In this document: positions 47,901-53,467 of the stretch, piece after piece
Numbering within the stretch: the stretch's first letter is position 1
How the letters are laid out: each line of letters begins with the position of its first letter
Assembly: GCA_038211015.1 (NCBI GenBank)
Contig: JBBQVZ010000003.1
Span: forward strand, 1 to 53,467
DNA length: 53,467 nucleotides
Reading direction: 5' to 3'
DNA from: Actinomycetota bacterium
GTDB lineage: Bacteria; Actinomycetota; UBA4738; HRBIN12
Position numbers and translations under genes: made by a program
Notes under the pieces: model-generated
Database searches by the model: none
What the model saw: the letters and a program-made list of their open reading frames with translations, nothing else
Told to the model about the DNA's origin: nothing

Positions 47901-47977
47901 GTCCACAGGTCTCCGACATCGCCCAGCCGAAGCCCTGCTGCTCGGCCCACTGCTGCAGACATCGCGACCCGCGGGTC

Positions 47978-48742
47978 CTATTCCACCATCCGCTTCACAT
48001 CCATCAAGAATCGCCGAGTGGCGTCGCTGGTCGACGTTCCATCGATCCGCGGTCCGATGCGTGAACGCTCTCGCCACACGACGGCATCCCGGATGAGGTT
48101 GGCGTACTCAGGCAGCGCCTCGCATGCCCATCGTGTCGCCTCTCGTTTCGACACATGCTCTCCCGTGCGCCAGGTCCGTAAACCCCGGCACATGGTGAGG
48201 ATGGTGTAGGCCTGAGCGCCCTGCGTCACGAGCCCGTCGACCCGGTTCGGCCAGGAAAGGATGTGCTGACGCACCGCCTCGACGTACTCATCGTGCGAGA
48301 TGACCGGCACGAGAGACGCCGCGGGCGGGCCGAACAATGCGATGCCAACTGCGCGAAGCTGATACCAGTCGATCAGCCAGCGACGGTCGACCTCGATGGC
48401 GTGGAATGGCTCCCCCGGGGAGATCCGCGCCGCCGCCGATGATTCGGTGCGGAAGGTCTCGAGCGCTCGGAACGATAGGTACACGACTTCAACTCGGTCC
48501 TCCCATTCAGGCATCTCTTCGACGATGTCCCGATGCAGGCGCTCTAGCGTCGCGAGCTGGGCTGCCGTCAGGTCCGACCCGAGGACCGCCACCGTATCGA
48601 CGTCACTGATCCCGGGGTCGAAGTCGCCCGTGATCGCGGACCCGTAGAGATACGAGCCCACCAGGTCGTCACCGAGCATCCGGGTCTGGCCGTCCACAAG
48701 CCGGGTGAGGAGTTCCCGGACGCTGGCTTCACTGATTTCCAT
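47978..48742 (-). CDS. Aminoglycoside adenylyltransferase-like nucleotidyltransferase (ANT(3'')/ANT(9)-type fold)
   Basis: YLYGSAITGDFDPGISDVD Pol-beta NTase motif; ILTMCR...SKREATRW C-terminal domain; alternative start 48751. Confidence 0.8.
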   Translation of the reverse strand: MEISEASVRELLTRLVDGQTRMLGDDLVGSYLYGSAITGDFDPGISDVDTVAVLGSDLTAAQLATLERLHRDIVEEMPEWEDRVEVVYLSFRALETFRTESSAAARISPGEPFHAIEVDRRWLIDWYQLRAVGIALFGPPAASLVPVISHDEYVEAVRQHILSWPNRVDGLVTQGAQAYTILTMCRGLRTWRTGEHVSKREATRWACEALPEYANLIRDAVVWRERSRIGPRIDGTSTSDATRRFLMDVKRMVE

Positions 48743-48853
48743 AGGCCCCATTCAAGCCTCACGATAGAAGGCGACCATCGCCTTGGAGCCAGCCGACTCC
48801 CCCACTGCATGCTCCGCGAGAAGGAGTCTGCCCGAGCAGACCTCACCTGTTCC

Positions 48854-49217
48854 TCAGGGCGTGCGCATACGACGAGAGGTGAGTTGCTCCCTGAGCGCGA
48901 CGGCTGCTTTCGTGTCGCGGCGACTGAACGCGAGCTTGGTGCGAGAAAGAGGGTCGCTCGACACGGCATTCCCCCACTCGAACATGAGGAACCTGTGGGC
49001 AGGCACGTGGTGGGGGCGGCTGAGCGGCTCATGTTCCAGCGTGACCATGAAGCGGTGGCCGAGCGTCTGCTCGCTGAAAGAGGTCACGTCGTCGAAGTCC
49101 AGGGCGGCCTCGTTCCCTGGAGCAAGGCGGAGCCGGATGGACGTACGTGATGGTCACCGACCGGAAGCTCCGATGGGTCCCCGGCGTCAACACGGCTTGT
49201 TCCCGCCAGCGGAACGA
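48854..49217 (-). pseudogene. Gene remnant (possible PH-like fold) whose 5' part appears to lie inverted on the + strand
   Basis: Minus strand EAALDFDDVTSFSEQTLGHRF...; plus strand GWTYVMVTDRKLRWVPG inside the inverted repeat TCGTTCC/GGAACGA. Confidence 0.4.
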
Positions 49218-49259
49218 CGGGTCCGAGCTGGGGCGCGAGCCGCAGCCGTCTCTTCTGAC

Positions 49260-49988
49260 TCAGCTGAGGTCGAGGACGCGAAAGTCCTCCGCGTGGCTCG
49301 CGCCGATCTTCTCGCCGAGATCCACGGCTTCCTTCGCCAGGAACTCCTCGAAGAACTGGATCCCCTCCGTCAGCTGGCTCTCGTGTCTGGCGAGCGCGGC
49401 GATCTTCTTGTCGAAGTAGCCCGAGACGTCCTCGATGTGGTTGGACTCGTTCGTCCATCCGAGCCACACGTCGTTCACCTCGCTGACGTCGAGACCTTCC
49501 TCCAGGTGCTCGGAGAAGTAGTGCGGGTTGCCGGCGCCCGGGAACACCGCGTCGAGGGCGATCTCGCCGGCGATGCGATGGTCCGAGTGGTTGTAGTAGC
49601 GGTTCTCGAAGAACCACGCCGTCGGATCGACCGAGACCACGGTCTCGGCTCGGACCTCGCGGATCCGGCGGATCACGGCCTCGCGGACATCCTGGGTGTT
49701 CGCGAGCTCCCCGTCGGGGATGCCCAGACTCTTCGCGCTCGACAGGCCGAGCACGTCGGCAGCGGCCTTCGTCTCGGCCAGGCGCGTCATCGCGAGCTCG
49801 GCGCGATCCCGTGACCGGTCGTTCGACCCGCGGTCGCCGTTCGTGAGCACGAGCAGGTGGACGTCCCGACCGGCCGCGACCCACTTCGCCATGGTGCCCC
49901 CCGCGGAGATCTCGGCATCGTCCGGATGGGCGTAGATCCCCAGCACCGGGCCGGTGCGAGGCGTCGGTTCGACGGCGTCGTCGGGCAC
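49260..49988 (-). CDS. PIG-L/LmbE family deacetylase
   Basis: AHPDD, TNGDRG, HSDH and ALARHESQ. Confidence 0.92.
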   Translation of the reverse strand: MPDDAVEPTPRTGPVLGIYAHPDDAEISAGGTMAKWVAAGRDVHLLVLTNGDRGSNDRSRDRAELAMTRLAETKAAADVLGLSSAKSLGIPDGELANTQDVREAVIRRIREVRAETVVSVDPTAWFFENRYYNHSDHRIAGEIALDAVFPGAGNPHYFSEHLEEGLDVSEVNDVWLGWTNESNHIEDVSGYFDKKIAALARHESQLTEGIQFFEEFLAKEAVDLGEKIGASHAEDFRVLDLS

Positions 49989-49993
49989 GGCGG

Positions 49994-51478
<1,485 letters not shown>

Positions 51479-51605
51479 CGGGACTCCTTAGGTTTGTCTC
51501 GCGGTTTCTTGCCGGCCGTGGATGGCGGGCGTCGGCCAGTCTAGTGGCGACGGGGATATCCCCAACCCACCCGCCGACGCACGCCGACCGCTACCCTGTC
51601 CCGCG

Positions 51606-51941
51606 ATGAAGCCCCGCGACATCCGCGACCTGGTGCACTTCTCCGACGACGAGCCTCGTCACGAGACGCTCTTCGAGTCCGAGCATCTGTGGTCCGAGGT
51701 CATCTGCCTCCAGAGCGCCCAGGGGCTCGGGCCGATGACGGACGCCGCATCCGATGCGGTGCTCCTCGTCCTGTCCGGTGAGATCGCGACGCAGGTCGGC
51801 AAGTCGCGTGAGCGGATGAAGCAGTGGGAGTCGTTGCTGGTGCCGGCGGGCTCCGAGCTGACCCTCAAGAACGCCTCCGAGGATCCGTCGGTCGTGCTGT
51901 TGATCGCGGCGCCTCCGCCCACGCCGACGATCGCCCGCTAG
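51606..51941 (+). CDS. Cupin-fold protein lacking the canonical HxH metal ligands
   Basis: DAVLLVLSGE and LLVPAG...LKNAS cupin pattern; ATG 8 nt after TACCCT. Confidence 0.7.
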   Translation: MKPRDIRDLVHFSDDEPRHETLFESEHLWSEVICLQSAQGLGPMTDAASDAVLLVLSGEIATQVGKSRERMKQWESLLVPAGSELTLKNASEDPSVVLLIAAPPPTPTIAR

Positions 51942-51942
51942 C

Positions 51943-51970
51943 TTCAGCCCGCTTCGCGACCTGCCGATTC
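51943..51970 (+). promoter_or_regulatory. FliA/WhiG-like promoter upstream of the diguanylate cyclase
   Basis: TTCAG-N15-GCCGATTC, 12 nt before ATG. Confidence 0.5.
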
Positions 51971-51982
51971 CCTGGATACGCG

Positions 51983-53452
51983 ATGGCTTCATTGACGCAG
52001 CGTGTCATCGGACGGATGGCGGCGCTCCTGTTCCTTGGGGGAGGGGCCGCCTCGATCCTGCTGCCCAGCCCCGCCGGGGCGAGTCACGCGGGGCAGGTCA
52101 CGGTCGGCGTGATCGGCGTGGCGATCGGCGTTGCCGCATGGTTCGCTCCGTGGGAGAGATGGCCCCGTCGGGCGACGCTGGTCATCGCGCCGCCGGCGTT
52201 CGCTCTGTTCGCCGCAGCCGTGCTGCTCGGGAGCTACAACTCCTCCACGAACGCCCTCTACTACATGCTGGTGTTCGTCTGGATCGGTGTGTCGCATCGG
52301 CGCGGCACAGCCCTCATGGTCGCTCCCATCGCGGCGGTCGCCTACCTCGTGCCGCTCGTGGTGACCGGACGCGGCGACGACGGCGTGACCTCGGTTTGGG
52401 AGGTCATCCTGCTGAGCGTGTTGGTGGGCGAGGGTCTCTCATGGATGTCCACGCGGCTCCGCCGCGCCGAGGCGCTCGACAGCTCCCGCGTCCGGGAGAT
52501 GCATGCGCTCCTTCGGGCTGCGGAGAGCCTCGCCCGCGAACGCGACCCGGCGCACGCCCCCGAGCTGGTCGCGACCCTCGGACGGCAGTTGTTGCGAGCC
52601 GACGCGACCGCCGTGTTCCTGATCGAGGACCGCGATCACCTGATCGGCGCTGCCGGCGCGCGCTGGCCGGAGCCGGTCGACGGAGTGGTGGTGGACATCG
52701 ATGAGCACGGACCTCTCGCGGCCTCGCTCCGCTCCGACAAGCTTTCACTCGTCGCATCGGACACGTTGCCGGCAGCCGTCGCGAGCAACGGAGCTTTCCG
52801 GACGATGATCCTCCTCCCCTTCCACGGATCGTCGACCGTTCAGGGCATGTTCATCGGCGGCTTCGTGGCAGACGGGCCGCGGCTCGACGGGTTCGCCGAG
52901 CATGTCGCCCGGACGTTCGCGACGCAGTCGGCGCTCGCACTGGAGCGCCTGCACGCCGTTCGCACGCTCGTTGAGGACGCCCTGCGGGACGAGCTGACCG
53001 GTCTGGGCAACCGCCGGGCCTCGAACCGCGCGCTCGCCGGTCTCCGAGCGAGCGATGCCGTCGCCATGCTGGATCTCGATGGCTTCAAGGAGCTGAACGA
53101 CACGCTGGGACATGCGGCCGGCGACGACCTGCTCACGCGGTTCGCCGTCGTCCTCGGCGCGTCGCTGCGGGACGAGGACGTCGCGGTCAGGTTCGGTGGT
53201 GACGAGTTCCTCATGGTCTTCCACGACGCCGGCGAGCGAGCCCAGGCCATCGTGGAACGGCTCGCAAGTCGATGGCGGGAGGAGGCGTCGAACGTGACCT
53301 TCAGCGCGGGGATCGCCGTGGCGGGAGAAGACGAACCCAGCCTGACCGTCCTGGCGCGTGCGGACCAGGCGCTCTACGAAGCGAAGCGGACCGGCCGGGA
53401 TCGGGTGTGTTCGGCGCCGGCAGCGCTCGACGATCGCGCTGCGCTCGCGTAG
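51983..53452 (+). CDS. Membrane-bound GAF-GGDEF diguanylate cyclase
   Basis: N-terminal TM helices; DELTGLGNRR, DLDGFKELNDTLGH, RDED I-site and RFGGDEF. Confidence 0.93.
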   Translation: MASLTQRVIGRMAALLFLGGGAASILLPSPAGASHAGQVTVGVIGVAIGVAAWFAPWERWPRRATLVIAPPAFALFAAAVLLGSYNSSTNALYYMLVFVWIGVSHRRGTALMVAPIAAVAYLVPLVVTGRGDDGVTSVWEVILLSVLVGEGLSWMSTRLRRAEALDSSRVREMHALLRAAESLARERDPAHAPELVATLGRQLLRADATAVFLIEDRDHLIGAAGARWPEPVDGVVVDIDEHGPLAASLRSDKLSLVASDTLPAAVASNGAFRTMILLPFHGSSTVQGMFIGGFVADGPRLDGFAEHVARTFATQSALALERLHAVRTLVEDALRDELTGLGNRRASNRALAGLRASDAVAMLDLDGFKELNDTLGHAAGDDLLTRFAVVLGASLRDEDVAVRFGGDEFLMVFHDAGERAQAIVERLASRWREEASNVTFSAGIAVAGEDEPSLTVLARADQALYEAKRTGRDRVCSAPAALDDRAALA

Positions 53453-53467
53453 ACACTGGACTCTCGC

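Noticed and set aside
47978-48742. Integron cassette carrying aadA
   Set aside because: No intI and no recognisable attC structure; the protein is only a distant ANT-like homolog.

Overview
A GC-rich, densely coding window. The gene content, the GylR-type regulator, the Lsr2-like protein and the many leaderless genes point to an Actinomycetota chromosome (inference). About 60 CDS can be supported. I found no rRNA, tRNA, CRISPR array, transposase or integrase. The core is a glycerol/dihydroxyacetone cluster (15060-29010): IclR/GylR and a second dhaL face away from glpF-dhaK-dhaL-glpK, followed by a His/acid-rich repeat mini-protein, glpA, sdhB/C/D-like genes, a DhaM-HPr-EI fusion, pgsA, an epimerase and glpX. 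The most striking feature is a C-terminally truncated GlpA-type glycerol-3-phosphate dehydrogenase translationally coupled to Complex II-type Fe-S and membrane-anchor subunits, with no sdhA, glpB or glpC in the window. This suggests a chimeric G3P:quinone oxidoreductase. Other notable items: a Zn-finger Lsr2-like protein with AT-hooks, an ECF sigma whose apparent promoter recurs before a cupredoxin gene, WhiG/FliA-like promoters before pilT and a diguanylate cyclase, and a lower-GC patch with an aminoglycoside nucleotidyltransferase-like gene and an apparently micro-inverted gene remnant. Product calls come from motif recognition by eye, not database searches.
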